From a virus (lineage: Duplodnaviria > Caudoviricetes), in the IMG/VR virus record IMGVR_UViG_3300043812_000016, positions 32,001 through 96,000 of that record: 64,000 nucleotides of DNA; one strand, written 5' to 3'. The stretch's first letter is position 1. Each line of letters opens with the position of its first letter. Below the pieces are notes generated by a model. It worked only from the letters and a program-made list of their open reading frames with translations, ran no database searches and was not told the origin of the DNA. Of this stretch, positions 30,616 to 41,435 are shown piece by piece. The position numbers were made by a program, and so were the translations under genes.

Positions 30616-31680
30616 TTGCCTGATAAATTAAAGAATGCTATGGACGCTATTGATAAAGCTCGTAAGTCATTAGTGTCTACAGAAGACACAGTAGAAAAGT
30701 CTGCTGAAGTTGAAAAGACTGATCCAGATGTAAAAGCACAGGAAGAAGCAACTAAGTCTACTGAGGAAGCTGAAAAGAACGTTAACCAAGCTACTATTTC
30801 AGATGATAATGAAAAAGTAACTAAGGACGTTGACGATGATGATGTAGAAGAATCTGCTGATAAAAAGGATAAGTCAACTAAGTCTGTTGATGAAGCTGAA
30901 AAATCAGAAGACGAACCTGCTGTAGAAAAGAATACAGACGCTAAGACTGAAGAAGCTAAGGCTAAGCAACATAAAGAATTAACTAATGTTGATGATCCCA
31001 AGGGTCATGAAGAAGCTTCTAAGTCATTTGATACTAATGCAGTAATTGACGCTTTAACTAAGTCTGTTGATACTATGGCTGAAATGCAAAAGTCTTACAA
31101 GGAATTAGCAGAAGCTTCTATGGAAATTGCTAAGTCATTCTTGGCTAAGCAAGCACCTATTGAAGATCAAGCTGAAAAGTCAGTAGAAAAGTCTCAAGAT
31201 AAAAAGTGTGGAGACGATGATGATGTAGAAGAATCTGCTGATAAAAAGTGTAAGACAGCTAAGTCTGATGATGACCAAGAACCAGATACAGATGATGAAG
31301 CTAAAGACGACAAGGAAGACAAAGCTAAGAAGTCTGTAGAAGATCCTGCTGATAATGCTGATGAAGCTGAAAAATCAGTGGAGGAACCAGCAGAAGAAGA
31401 TAAGGCTGAAAAGTCAATCCCTACTGGTAAGGCAGTTGCTACGGGTGCAGAAGAAGCTAAGGACGATACAGTTGCTAAGTCTGTAGAAACTCAAGAAGAC
31501 GGTGTTACTAAGGAAGCCTTAGAAAACGTAATCGCCAAGTCATTGCTTGGTTTTGATGGTGTACAAAGCGGTGTTAACTTGGAACGCAAGCACGCCTTAA
31601 AGAGTCTCTTAGCTGATACTCGAGAACTTAAAGGTACTACAGTTCCCGATAGTTTTATTGAAAGATATAACGAAATTTAG
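30616..31680 (+). CDS. Acidic scaffold-like protein
   Basis: Between protease and capsid genes; D/E/K-rich with many KS motifs and an internal 36-nt duplication. Confidence 0.7.
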   Translation: MPDKLKNAMDAIDKARKSLVSTEDTVEKSAEVEKTDPDVKAQEEATKSTEEAEKNVNQATISDDNEKVTKDVDDDDVEESADKKDKSTKSVDEAEKSEDEPAVEKNTDAKTEEAKAKQHKELTNVDDPKGHEEASKSFDTNAVIDALTKSVDTMAEMQKSYKELAEASMEIAKSFLAKQAPIEDQAEKSVEKSQDKKCGDDDDVEESADKKCKTAKSDDDQEPDTDDEAKDDKEDKAKKSVEDPADNADEAEKSVEEPAEEDKAEKSIPTGKAVATGAEEAKDDTVAKSVETQEDGVTKEALENVIAKSLLGFDGVQSGVNLERKHALKSLLADTRELKGTTVPDSFIERYNEI

Positions 31681-31755
31681 TTTTTAATTAAAAAACCATA
31701 CTTATGTCTATATTAGATATAGACAACGAATGGTAAAATGGAAAGGATGAAAATT

Positions 31756-33258
31756 TTGCCAGAATTACTAAAAGAAAAGACTGTAGTAAAGTCTGTTTTT
31801 AAACAAGATCAAGAAGACAAGTTAAACAAGTCTTTAAATAATGATAAGGCAGACCGGGTTGTTAAAGCCTTTACTGCTGGTACTGGTATTACGCCAGAAA
31901 CACAACCAGATGGTGCCGCTTACCGTATGGAAGCATTAGATCCTACTCTTAACATCTCTACTTATGGAGACGAAGATTACACAATCTACAAGGATCTTGC
32001 TAAGGTACCTGTTAACCAAACTGTTCAAAAGTATACTGTTTACTACTCACATGGTCGTACAGGACACCAAATGTTCCAACCAGAAATTGCCAAGCTTCGT
32101 TCTAACGAACCTCATGCACGGCAAAAGACTGTTAACGTTAAGTTCCTTGTAGACACTAAGGGTAGTTCATTTGCAATGCAATGGGCTAATACAACTGTTG
32201 ATACCAACATCTTGTTGGAAATCTCAGCTATTAACAACATTGCTAAGGCTATTGAATATGCTACTTTCTATGGTGACTCAGACTTGGCTCAACAAGACGG
32301 TGAAGGTCTTGAATTTGACGGTCTTGAAAAGCTTATGGACGAACACAACAAGATTGATATGCGTGGTTCTTCCCTTACACCACAAGCACTTAACTTAGCC
32401 GCTGTTAAGATTGCTCAAGGTTATGGTACACCAACTGATGCTTATATGCCGGTAGGTATTAAGGCTGATTTCGTTAACGAACACCTTGGTGCACAACGTA
32501 TCTTACAACCTAACTCAGCTGGTGCTGGTATGCAAGTTGGTCTTGATATTCAACGGTTCATTTCAGCTCGTGGTAATATTGCTCTTCATGGTTCAACTAT
32601 TATGGACCTTGATAAGAAGCTTGATATGGACGGTGCTGTAGACCAAGACGCTCCAGTAGCTCCAACTGTTAAGGCAGAAGTTGTTACTGGTGACAATGGT
32701 ATGTTTATGGCAGACGACAAGAAGGACAAAGATGATAAGGTTGTTCTTAACAAGTCTGTTGGTGTTGACTTAACATACCGTGTAGTCGCCGTAGGTCAAC
32801 AAGACTCATTACCATCTGATGAAGTTAAGGTTAAAGTTACGAACACTACTGATACTGTTAAGATTACTGCAACTCTTAACCGGATGGTTGCTAACATTCC
32901 TGATTATGTTGCAATTTACCGTAAGTCAGATGTTCCGGGCGATGACCAATTCTGGCTTGTAGGTCGTGTAGCTATCTCTAAGATGGCTGGTGATGGTACT
33001 ATTGTATTCGAAGATAACAACGAAACTATTCCGGGTACTGGTGACGTATTCATTATTGAAAACCGTCCAACTACATTACGTTATCTCGAATTTGCACCAA
33101 TCACTAAATTCCCGCTCGCAATTACCACTACTGCTACTAACGTTGCATATTTGTGGTTTGGGAGTTTAGCATTAATCTTCCCTAAGCGGGTAGCGCTACT
33201 CCACAACACATTATATAACTCAACAGCTAAGTCAATTCCTTCCAGTGTAATTGATTAG
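31756..33258 (+). CDS. Major capsid protein precursor
   Basis: KAFTAGTGITPETQ, HGRTGH, IAKAIEYATFYGDSDL, GLEFDGL; RBS favours the TTG at 31756. Confidence 0.95.
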   Translation: MPELLKEKTVVKSVFKQDQEDKLNKSLNNDKADRVVKAFTAGTGITPETQPDGAAYRMEALDPTLNISTYGDEDYTIYKDLAKVPVNQTVQKYTVYYSHGRTGHQMFQPEIAKLRSNEPHARQKTVNVKFLVDTKGSSFAMQWANTTVDTNILLEISAINNIAKAIEYATFYGDSDLAQQDGEGLEFDGLEKLMDEHNKIDMRGSSLTPQALNLAAVKIAQGYGTPTDAYMPVGIKADFVNEHLGAQRILQPNSAGAGMQVGLDIQRFISARGNIALHGSTIMDLDKKLDMDGAVDQDAPVAPTVKAEVVTGDNGMFMADDKKDKDDKVVLNKSVGVDLTYRVVAVGQQDSLPSDEVKVKVTNTTDTVKITATLNRMVANIPDYVAIYRKSDVPGDDQFWLVGRVAISKMAGDGTIVFEDNNETIPGTGDVFIIENRPTTLRYLEFAPITKFPLAITTTATNVAYLWFGSLALIFPKRVALLHNTLYNSTAKSIPSSVID

Positions 33259-33367
33259 CTTATAAAATAATTTATGTAAGAGTAAGATTAATTTCTTACT
33301 CTTATTTTTTTTTTAGTTTTTTATAATTTTGTCATGACTACTTCTACTAATTGTGCTATAATCATAA

Positions 33368-34504
33368 ATGAAGGAGTTGATATTAATGACTAGAAGAAAA
33401 ACTAATGAAGAATTTGTTAAACAGGTTAAAGAATTAGTAGGTGATGATTATACTTTTCTTGAACCTTATAAGAACAATAGAACTAAGTTATTAGTACGTC
33501 ATAATGTTTGTGGTAATGTGTATAGAGTTGTTCCTGATAGCTTTTTAAAGGGTCGTAGATGTCCTAAGTGTCGTAGGAAAGAAGTAACAAATAAGAGGCG
33601 TATGTCTAATGATGAGTTTATAAAACGTGTTAATGATTTAGTTGGTGATGAATACTCTGTATTAGAACCTTATGTTAATTCTCAAACACCTATTTTGATT
33701 AAACATAATGTTTGTGGTCATGTATTACAAATGAAACCAAACTCCTTTTTAAATGGTAGTCGTTGTAAATATTGTGCACATAATGTAAGATTAACTACGG
33801 ACGAGTTTAAAGATAGGATTAGTGGAATATATGGAAATGACTATACTGTTTTAGGCGATTATGTTAATTCCCATACGCCTATATTAGTTAGACACAACAT
33901 TTGTCACCATACTTATACAGTTAGACCTATGAATATAATGAGAGGTCAGAGATGTCCTTATTGCTTTAAGACTCCTAAAAAGACTACTAAGGAATTTCAA
34001 ATAGAATTGAATGAAATATATGGAAGAGGAGTTTATACAGTAGTCAGTCCTTATCGTGGGGCAAAAAAGAAAATAATGCTCAAACATAAGTGTGGCTATG
34101 TTTGGGGAACAAAGCCTAATTGGATGCTATCAAAAAGAGGTGGTTGTCCTATGTGCAATACCCCGCATGGAGAACTTATAATTAATAATATTTTAAAAGA
34201 CAGTGCTATATCTTATGAGCATCCTAAGAAGTTTAGTGACTTATTAGGCGTTGGCGGTTTTCCTTTGCATTATGACTTTTATATAGACGATCAGAGGGTA
34301 TTAATTGAATATCAAGGATTACAACACTATGAGCCTATTGATCATTTTGGTGGAAAAGAACAATTTAAGAAACAGCAGTATCATGATAAGTTAAAGCGCA
34401 AGTATGCAAAAGCTAACGGTTATAATTTAATTGAAATACCATATTCTTGTGATACTTACAATGATATAAAGAAGTGCTTAATTGAAGGTGGTTTAAAACT
34501 ATGA
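33368..34504 (+). CDS. Free-standing putative homing endonuclease
   Basis: Four Zn repeats; LHYDFY...IEYQGLQH; likely start 33386. Confidence 0.85.
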   Translation: MKELILMTRRKTNEEFVKQVKELVGDDYTFLEPYKNNRTKLLVRHNVCGNVYRVVPDSFLKGRRCPKCRRKEVTNKRRMSNDEFIKRVNDLVGDEYSVLEPYVNSQTPILIKHNVCGHVLQMKPNSFLNGSRCKYCAHNVRLTTDEFKDRISGIYGNDYTVLGDYVNSHTPILVRHNICHHTYTVRPMNIMRGQRCPYCFKTPKKTTKEFQIELNEIYGRGVYTVVSPYRGAKKKIMLKHKCGYVWGTKPNWMLSKRGGCPMCNTPHGELIINNILKDSAISYEHPKKFSDLLGVGGFPLHYDFYIDDQRVLIEYQGLQHYEPIDHFGGKEQFKKQQYHDKLKRKYAKANGYNLIEIPYSCDTYNDIKKCLIEGGLKL

Positions 34505-35718
34505 CAAAAATAGACCAAGAACAGATTGGATTTAAGAAAGTTAATTCCCTAGACTTACATGGATTAATGGTTGACTATCATTATTTACACCGAGTAGTAG
34601 CTTGTAAGTATGCTTATGGAATGTACTACCAAAATCAATTAGTAGGAATGGTTACCTATACTCATGTACGTAAGTCTTTAGCTTCTTCAATCTCGCCTTT
34701 AGCTAATAAAGATAATACTTTAGAATTATCTCGATTATACATAAAAGACGAAGTAAGCCAAAACTTAAAGAATATTACTTCTAAGTTTGTTTCATGGACT
34801 TTAAGACAATTAAAGCAAGAACAAGATGGTAATTGGTTTATTATCTCCTTTGCTGATCAAGGTATGCACCATACAGGAGCAATTTACCAAGCTACTAACT
34901 TCTTATACTGTGGAACAACAGATTCTGGTATCTTTTGTTATAATGGACCAGATAAGAAAGGTGGTAAATGGGTTAAAGGACATCACTACCGTTTCTTTAT
35001 CCTACGTTCAATTAAGTATCGTTACATTATGTTCTTAGGTTCTAAGACGTTTAAGAAACAAGCCCGTAAGACCCTTAAATTTGAGATTGAACCTTATCCT
35101 AAACAAGATAGCATTCACTACTCAGTAGGTGATACAGAAGAACGTTTAATCCGTGATCGTCAAGAAAATAAGGTTTATACAGAAACTGAATTACTTAAAG
35201 CTTTTCCTAACTATGATTGGAATGGAGATAATGGAGAAGTAGTTAAACCTATTAAGCCTAAGGTTGTTAAAAAGGTTAATCAACACTTTGCCCCAGTCTA
35301 TGCTATCAGCACTAAAACTAATCAAGTCTTTCAGTTTGAGTCTATTCGCTCCTGTGCAGAAACTCTAAATGTAGGTGAACGTAATATTAAGCACTGCTTA
35401 GCTGATAAGAAAGGTTCTCTTGGTGGTTTTGTCTTTTGCAGACCAGATGATTACACCTCAGAGCTTGCTAAGGAATTAGTAGAAAACGCTAAGAAGAGTC
35501 CTAAGTATAATCATGATTTCATCGTTGATGGTAACTGGGTAGAGGGAATGACTAAAGTTCGAGAGATTGTAGGAGCTAGTCGTTCTTCTATTCATAGGGC
35601 AATTGATGTTAACCGTAGAGAGGTTAAAGGACACACAATTGATATTCCTAAGCCTAAGGATATTGTTAATCATTATAAGTCTGTTTATCAACCTTTAGTT
35701 ACATATTTAATTAGTTAA
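34501..35718 (+). CDS. Mom-like GNAT DNA-modification enzyme with C-terminal NUMOD1-like DNA-binding repeats
   Basis: YHYLH, LELSRL, IISFAD, HTGAIYQATNFLYCG. Confidence 0.75.
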   Translation: MTKIDQEQIGFKKVNSLDLHGLMVDYHYLHRVVACKYAYGMYYQNQLVGMVTYTHVRKSLASSISPLANKDNTLELSRLYIKDEVSQNLKNITSKFVSWTLRQLKQEQDGNWFIISFADQGMHHTGAIYQATNFLYCGTTDSGIFCYNGPDKKGGKWVKGHHYRFFILRSIKYRYIMFLGSKTFKKQARKTLKFEIEPYPKQDSIHYSVGDTEERLIRDRQENKVYTETELLKAFPNYDWNGDNGEVVKPIKPKVVKKVNQHFAPVYAISTKTNQVFQFESIRSCAETLNVGERNIKHCLADKKGSLGGFVFCRPDDYTSELAKELVENAKKSPKYNHDFIVDGNWVEGMTKVREIVGASRSSIHRAIDVNRREVKGHTIDIPKPKDIVNHYKSVYQPLVTYLIS

Positions 35719-35764
35719 AATAGATGACTGTTAATTCAGTCTTTTTTATTTAATCTTTTTGTAT

Positions 35765-35802
35765 AAAAGTAGTTGAAAATTCAACTAAAAGTGTTATACT
35801 TA
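35765..35802 (+). promoter_or_regulatory. SigA promoter with palindromic operator (copy 1)
   Basis: 38 nt identical to 55011-55048. Confidence 0.75.
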
Positions 35803-35832
35803 TAATTGAAATAAGGAAAGGAAGTTATTAAG

Positions 35833-36069
35833 ATGAGAATGATTAAGACTTCAACGGCTGGTTATATTTCGGTAATTCAATTTGTAATGGGTGCTTGGTT
35901 TGGGTATTCAATGCTAATGGCAATTATCTCTGGAGTGCTTACGTGGTTTGTGCTCAATTGTTTTGGCGTTGATATTGAGCTTGATAATTCATCAACTGAA
36001 CAGGATAATGTAGACACTGAAAATAATAAAGAAACTGCTAAGACACGAGAAGAATTAAAAAACAAGTAG
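35833..36069 (+). CDS. Small membrane protein
   Basis: RBS and hydrophobic N-terminal half. Confidence 0.6.
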   Translation: MRMIKTSTAGYISVIQFVMGAWFGYSMLMAIISGVLTWFVLNCFGVDIELDNSSTEQDNVDTENNKETAKTREELKNK

Positions 36070-36180
36070 AAGATCAGTTTAATAGTAGAAATAGCTATGC
36101 TAGAAAATAGGAAAGAGTTGTTAAATAAGATTGATTAGCTTTCTTATGGTAGTGTTAATTTTGTTAAGAGGTTGTTAAGT

Positions 36181-36396
36181 ATGGAAAAGAAGTATGAAGA
36201 TTACTTTAATTTCATTAAGACTATGCTAATTCTTAACTCTAATGAAGAAGAATCTACTTTTTCATTGGATGTTAAAATGAAAATGATTAGAGAGCAAACT
36301 AGAGTGTTGCTTGAGCGAGAGTTAACTGACTATGCTAACGAAATGACTGAACAGCATAACAAGTACGTTGAAAAGTTGAGGGCTAAATTATCATGA
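36181..36396 (+). CDS. Hypothetical protein
   Basis: ORF with GAGG RBS. Confidence 0.55.
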   Translation: MEKKYEDYFNFIKTMLILNSNEEESTFSLDVKMKMIREQTRVLLERELTDYANEMTEQHNKYVEKLRAKLS

Positions 36397-37118
36397 AAAT
36401 TTTTCGTTTAGGTATACAAAAGAAATGGCACATAGTTGATCCAGAAGACCATAATCATTCTTTATGTCGTGAAAATTATAATGCTAATCCAGAAGTAGAA
36501 GATGTGCGTGAATATAAAGATGAAAAGCTTTGTAATATTTGTATGTCTCGGGCTTATAAACGTGGGTTTATTGGAGTTTATCCAAAGGTTTATTTAGATC
36601 GGGTTAATGTTCATAAATATCATACTTATGACGCTGATACTATTACTCGTCTTTATAATCCAGAAAAGAATTATAAGGAAACTCTTTATCCAGACCGTAA
36701 TTCTAAGATTGCTGATCCCGAAGGTTATTTAGCAGACCAATTCTTTGGATTTTTGATTGAAGAGCTAAAGGGTCGTGAAACGGGTCTTTGGACTTTTAGA
36801 GAGTTGCAGGAAGACTTACTTTCTAAAGATAAACATACTAAAAAGCAAAAAAATTTCTGGGTTGATAATTTCCTAACGCAAAATAAAGTTAGAACAGACT
36901 TACTTTATCGGATTTATCCTATTAGTAATTATGTAAAGCATCAGTTAGTAGAAAGCGATAAACCCCGTCATGTTGAATTATTAGCTTTAAGACCAGATTA
37001 TAAAGAAGACGTTGAGCCTGTTGAAGATTTTGTTGGTTATTATATTGGAGAGGGTAAGACTAATGACTTACCAACTTCTTTAATTGATCCTTTTGCTATT
37101 GTAGACGGTAAATTATAA
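36393..37118 (+). CDS. Hypothetical protein
   Basis: Coupled ORF. Confidence 0.65.
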   Translation: MKIFRLGIQKKWHIVDPEDHNHSLCRENYNANPEVEDVREYKDEKLCNICMSRAYKRGFIGVYPKVYLDRVNVHKYHTYDADTITRLYNPEKNYKETLYPDRNSKIADPEGYLADQFFGFLIEELKGRETGLWTFRELQEDLLSKDKHTKKQKNFWVDNFLTQNKVRTDLLYRIYPISNYVKHQLVESDKPRHVELLALRPDYKEDVEPVEDFVGYYIGEGKTNDLPTSLIDPFAIVDGKL

Positions 37119-37411
37119 TGAATATAATTTCAGTATTTGTCTTAGACTTCTCTAATGAACATATCATGTTGTTTCATTGCTCTAATTCTATTCGAGAGTT
37201 CCAAGACTTTGAACAACAAGTAGTTAATACTCTAACAGATGAAGAATTAAGCTTAGGCGGTTCTCATGTTATTGGTAATGGTCATATTGAGACCCCAGAT
37301 GATTTAAAGGAATATGATCCGTTCTTTATTCCTTATAAGTCTGTATACACAATTAAAGAATATCAAAGCTATGCTGAATTAGCTGTTAAACAACAAAGAC
37401 TGTTCAGATGA
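37118..37411 (+). CDS. Hypothetical protein
   Basis: Coupled ORF. Confidence 0.6.
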   Translation: MNIISVFVLDFSNEHIMLFHCSNSIREFQDFEQQVVNTLTDEELSLGGSHVIGNGHIETPDDLKEYDPFFIPYKSVYTIKEYQSYAELAVKQQRLFR

Positions 37412-37467
37412 GTAGTCTTTTTATATTAAGACTAGGTAAACCTTTAACAGAAAGGCAGGTTAAAATT

Positions 37468-38389
37468 TTGTCTAAGGAAGATATAAGAAACTATTTTCAA
37501 ATACAAAAACAACCCGGAGCAATCCAGACTTATAATGGTAATCCAGATTATGCTCTAGGTAGTGATTATGAAGGATGTAACCCTAGATTCTTTAGGTATT
37601 AATATTGACTTAATTAAAAATGAACTTATGGGTATGGAAAGAGACTTAGTAGATCCTGTTACTAATGAGCCTTATCCAGACAGTTTTTATAAGATGATTT
37701 TAAATCGGGTGGTTGCACAGGCTGAAAAGATTTTTGACGTGGCAATTGTTCCTCGTCTACAGGTAGACCGTTTGGACTATCACCGTTCAGACTTTAATGC
37801 TTTTGCCTATCTACATACAACAATGAGACCTATTTTAAGTGTTAAGGACTTATTACTCTATTATAATAATCAAGATATTATGCACATTCCAGACGAGTGG
37901 ATTAAGGTAACTAATCGTACAGGTCAATTACAAGTATCTCCGTCTGTATTAATGCAAGGACTTAATACTACTATTAACCCTACTGTTTATCCTTTAATTA
38001 ATTCTCCTTATGGAATGACTCCTAGTCCTTTTACTCAAATGGAGTTTGCTCCTCAAATGTTAGGAGTAACTTATGTAGCTGGTATGATGCCACATACTGG
38101 TAAAGACGGGGTTAATTATGATTGGATGATTCAACCGGATATGCTTTCGTATATTGCTAAGTTAGGTGCTGTAGAAATTTTGGAGAAATGGTCACGGAAC
38201 ATAGTAGGAGCGGGTATAGCGTCATACAGTGTTTCAGTGGACGGTATATCTACTAGTCTTAACACTACAGCTTCTGCTGAAAACTCAGCCGCTACTGCCG
38301 AAGTAGATCAGATGGTTCGAGATATGAAACCTATAGAACAGCGCTTGCTTTCCTACTATGGCAACCCTGAGATAGGCTGGTTTTCATAA
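37468..38389 (+). CDS. Head-tail adaptor/neck protein (frameshift near 37570)
   Basis: GAGIASYSVSVDGIS...TTASAENS; late motif upstream. Confidence 0.75.
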
Positions 38390-38424
38390 CTAAAATGTGT
38401 TATATTGTATTTTTAATTTCATTA

Positions 38425-38558
38425 TTGACAATTACGACTATCATGCTATTATAGTATTTGTGGGTTCATTAATTAATTTCGATTTTGGCTTAACATATTT
38501 ACACCTATATACTACTTTTGTGTTTTTAAGGCACCTATTAATTTAGGTGTCTTTTTTG
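38425..38558 (+). ncRNA. Promoter-sRNA-terminator unit E
   Basis: TTGACA-N16-TATTAT; core complementary to AGGTGTAAATATGTTAAGCC; terminator 38528-38558. Confidence 0.6.
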
Positions 38559-38613
38559 TGTTTTAAATTCAACCTATATTAAAGAGGATAAATAGAAAGT
38601 AGGTGAAATTATA

Positions 38614-39645
38614 ATGGCTGATAATCCTTTGCATGAAAAAGTAGAGTCTGCTAATCCGTTTTACCCAGCTAAGAATAATATGAATCCTCTTGATATTGAT
38701 AGGGTAGTTCAGTTAATTCAGCAACACGCAGTTAATGTTGTTTGGGAGCAGGCTTATCATTGTCCTTGTTTAGACGAACAGACAGGTCAACCTCAGCCTA
38801 ATTGTCCTGTTTGTCATGGTCAAGGTTGGATTTATTTACATCCAAGAACAATTGATATGGCAATTCAGGGTGATGAAAAGAACTTTAGCTTAAATCCTAC
38901 TGGTATGGATAATTTAGGTACTAGCAAAGCAACTCCACAAGTTACTGTAAATGGAATTGAGCAGGGGATTAAGCCGGGTGATAGAATTACAGTTACTGGG
39001 TGGACAACTAATGACTCTTATACATTTAATGTGACTAATGAACGTTTACAAGATGGCCTATTTTTACCATTTGATGTAGCCTCTATTAACGAAGCTTATT
39101 ATATTGAAAATGGAGAATTAAAATCTATTAACGATATTGCTGATTCATTAGTAGTTAATGAAGGCAACCAATTAGAGATTAAGGACGAAAGTTTATTAGG
39201 TAGAGTTATTACTTTATCTTTAGAGGTTGTTAAACGCTTTTATGTTGTTTCTATGATTAAAGAATTACGTTATCAACAATATTACAAGCTTAATCAAAAA
39301 CTATGGGCTTTAGGTAATGGTACCCGTGCAGTTAATGAAGATGAGGCTGTTATTAATGAAGATGACCAATTAGGTAATGAATATGTTAATCCTAATGATA
39401 TGAGTAGTATTGTTCCTAAGAATATTAAACAGGCTCAGTTACGCTCTTATCCTCAAGTAGTAAATCGTGACGGGGCACAAATTGTAATTGGTAAGCACCA
39501 GATTTTTAGGATGCCTCCTACATTACTAATTAGAAGAGAAAATCTTTACTTCTCTAATGTTAACTTGGCAACCTCAGACGGTAAGAATCAGTCTGTAATT
39601 AAGAACCCAACATTGAATGAGTTTGACGACTTCCTAGGGGGCTAA
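38614..39645 (+). CDS. Head closure/neck protein
   Basis: WEQAYHCPC...CPVCHGQG. Confidence 0.75.
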   Translation: MADNPLHEKVESANPFYPAKNNMNPLDIDRVVQLIQQHAVNVVWEQAYHCPCLDEQTGQPQPNCPVCHGQGWIYLHPRTIDMAIQGDEKNFSLNPTGMDNLGTSKATPQVTVNGIEQGIKPGDRITVTGWTTNDSYTFNVTNERLQDGLFLPFDVASINEAYYIENGELKSINDIADSLVVNEGNQLEIKDESLLGRVITLSLEVVKRFYVVSMIKELRYQQYYKLNQKLWALGNGTRAVNEDEAVINEDDQLGNEYVNPNDMSSIVPKNIKQAQLRSYPQVVNRDGAQIVIGKHQIFRMPPTLLIRRENLYFSNVNLATSDGKNQSVIKNPTLNEFDDFLGG

Positions 39646-39648
39646 GTA

Positions 39649-40362
39649 ATGGCTCAAATATCAGATTTAATTAGTAATGAGTCTATTAGAGGTCTCCATG
39701 AGTTCTTTAACAGACAGGTAGATGAGAAACAGATCACTGAATCGTATACTAAGGGTTTAGCTAATGAATTAAAAAAGACCTTTGGTAATCTTGCAGTTAG
39801 GGATAATGGATCTAGTGTATCTGTTGCCTATCGAATTTTGAATGACGCTAATAATGAGAATGTTGGCTTTTATGACTTAAAGCAGGCGTTTGCTCGTTCG
39901 CCTAAGGCTAAGCCTACTAAAGATGGGGGTTGGTATATTAGAATACCAATTTCAAATCGTGCAACAGAATATCGTCAAGCTTTTGGTCGTAGACTATGGG
40001 ACACAATTAGTCATACTGAGTTTGGTACTACTTCTAGTGCAGATGAGAATATAGCTAGATTTCAAAAGATTTTATCTAATGCTGGAGGAGTTAATAGTAG
40101 TCCAATTGCTTACCAGTGGAAGTCTACTAGCGTTACTCGTGAACGGTTTGGTAGTTCAGCTACAAGAGGACAGTATATATCATTCCGTACTGTTTCTGAT
40201 AAGTCAGATCCTAGCTCTTGGATTATCAATAAATCGGGTATGAATGCAAAAATTAATCAAGAAACAGAAAATGAACAACAAGCACAAGAGGTCGCTAAAG
40301 TTGTACAGCAGGCAATTAGACAAATCATAGATAGATACAATAAGGCAGGTGAGATTAGTTAA
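39649..40362 (+). CDS. Neck/virion protein
   Basis: KDGGWYIRIPI, YISFRTVSDKS..SSWI. Confidence 0.7.
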   Translation: MAQISDLISNESIRGLHEFFNRQVDEKQITESYTKGLANELKKTFGNLAVRDNGSSVSVAYRILNDANNENVGFYDLKQAFARSPKAKPTKDGGWYIRIPISNRATEYRQAFGRRLWDTISHTEFGTTSSADENIARFQKILSNAGGVNSSPIAYQWKSTSVTRERFGSSATRGQYISFRTVSDKSDPSSWIINKSGMNAKINQETENEQQAQEVAKVVQQAIRQIIDRYNKAGEIS

Positions 40363-41207
40363 TGAGTATTGAATTAGTAGATCAGCATATAGTCGATGAG
40401 GTTAATTCCCTCTTAAAAGGTATACTTGCCAATCCCTATATTATAAAACAGGAAATACTTAGCCAACTTCCCGACAAAATTGTAGATAACTTTATTAATA
40501 CATACGGAATTGGAAAGAGTAATCATGGGGTTGAAATTCCTCTTTATTTTGCTTTTCCTCAAACTCCTCCTAAAACAGCTTTCTTATTAGCACAGTTTAA
40601 GGGGTCACAGGAAGATGAGGATAATGCAGTATTAGGTAATTATCAAGGGGAATTAACTTCTAATGATAGTGGTAAGCTAACACATGAGAAGTTACCCGTA
40701 ATAGTTGATGGTAAGCAGGCTTATTTACAGCCTAGTCAACCCATTAAAGATGTTTATTCTCTTCCACAAACTAATGTGTATGAGGTAAAGGATAATAAGG
40801 TCTATATTCCTTATTTACCTATCTATAATAAAGATTCTAAATTTGATCTGTTCTATATAATTAAGGAAGAAAATACAGGTCAGTCTTATCCAATAGGTAT
40901 AAATACCATAGAAGCTGTAACAATAGATTTTATCTCCAATAATACAAATACTATTCGTTGTCTTTCTGGAATATTTGTTTATATTGAAACCTATTTGCGA
41001 AAGTCATTAGAGGATAATGGCGCTGTCTTTTTACCTAGTATTGAGTTAAATGGTATGGATATGGTTCAAGACGTAAGTACAGCAGAGAATAGTCTTGGTG
41101 GTCAACAATTGTACTATCGCCGACTAACTGTAAACTATCATGTAACCCAAACGATTAAACAGAATATGAATCAAACATTAGATAAGATTATTTTAGGTGG
41201 TGAATAG
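40362..41207 (+). CDS. Tail completion/terminator protein
   Basis: Position before the sheath; EIPLYFAFPQ, ISNNTNTIRCL. Confidence 0.65.
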   Translation: MSIELVDQHIVDEVNSLLKGILANPYIIKQEILSQLPDKIVDNFINTYGIGKSNHGVEIPLYFAFPQTPPKTAFLLAQFKGSQEDEDNAVLGNYQGELTSNDSGKLTHEKLPVIVDGKQAYLQPSQPIKDVYSLPQTNVYEVKDNKVYIPYLPIYNKDSKFDLFYIIKEENTGQSYPIGINTIEAVTIDFISNNTNTIRCLSGIFVYIETYLRKSLEDNGAVFLPSIELNGMDMVQDVSTAENSLGGQQLYYRRLTVNYHVTQTIKQNMNQTLDKIILGGE

Positions 41208-41208
41208 A

Positions 41209-41406
41209 TTGGTGAAGAAAGATCAGAAGTTAACCCTTTATTCTCTAAACGAGTTTCTTACTACGGTTAAGGGAATGGCTAAGTATCGAAAATTAACTGA
41301 TATACAGCTTGCTGGATTTAGTAACTTAATGCGTTCTAAGGATATGCTTTTTGTATACGATCCACACGTATATCTTGAAGAATTAGACCATTATATTAAT
41401 GGTTAA
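41209..41406 (+). CDS. Small protein preceding the sheath
   Basis: QLAGF motif, synteny. Confidence 0.55.
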   Translation: MVKKDQKLTLYSLNEFLTTVKGMAKYRKLTDIQLAGFSNLMRSKDMLFVYDPHVYLEELDHYING

Positions 41407-41435
41407 TATTGTTAAGTAGAAAGGAACGGGATAAA

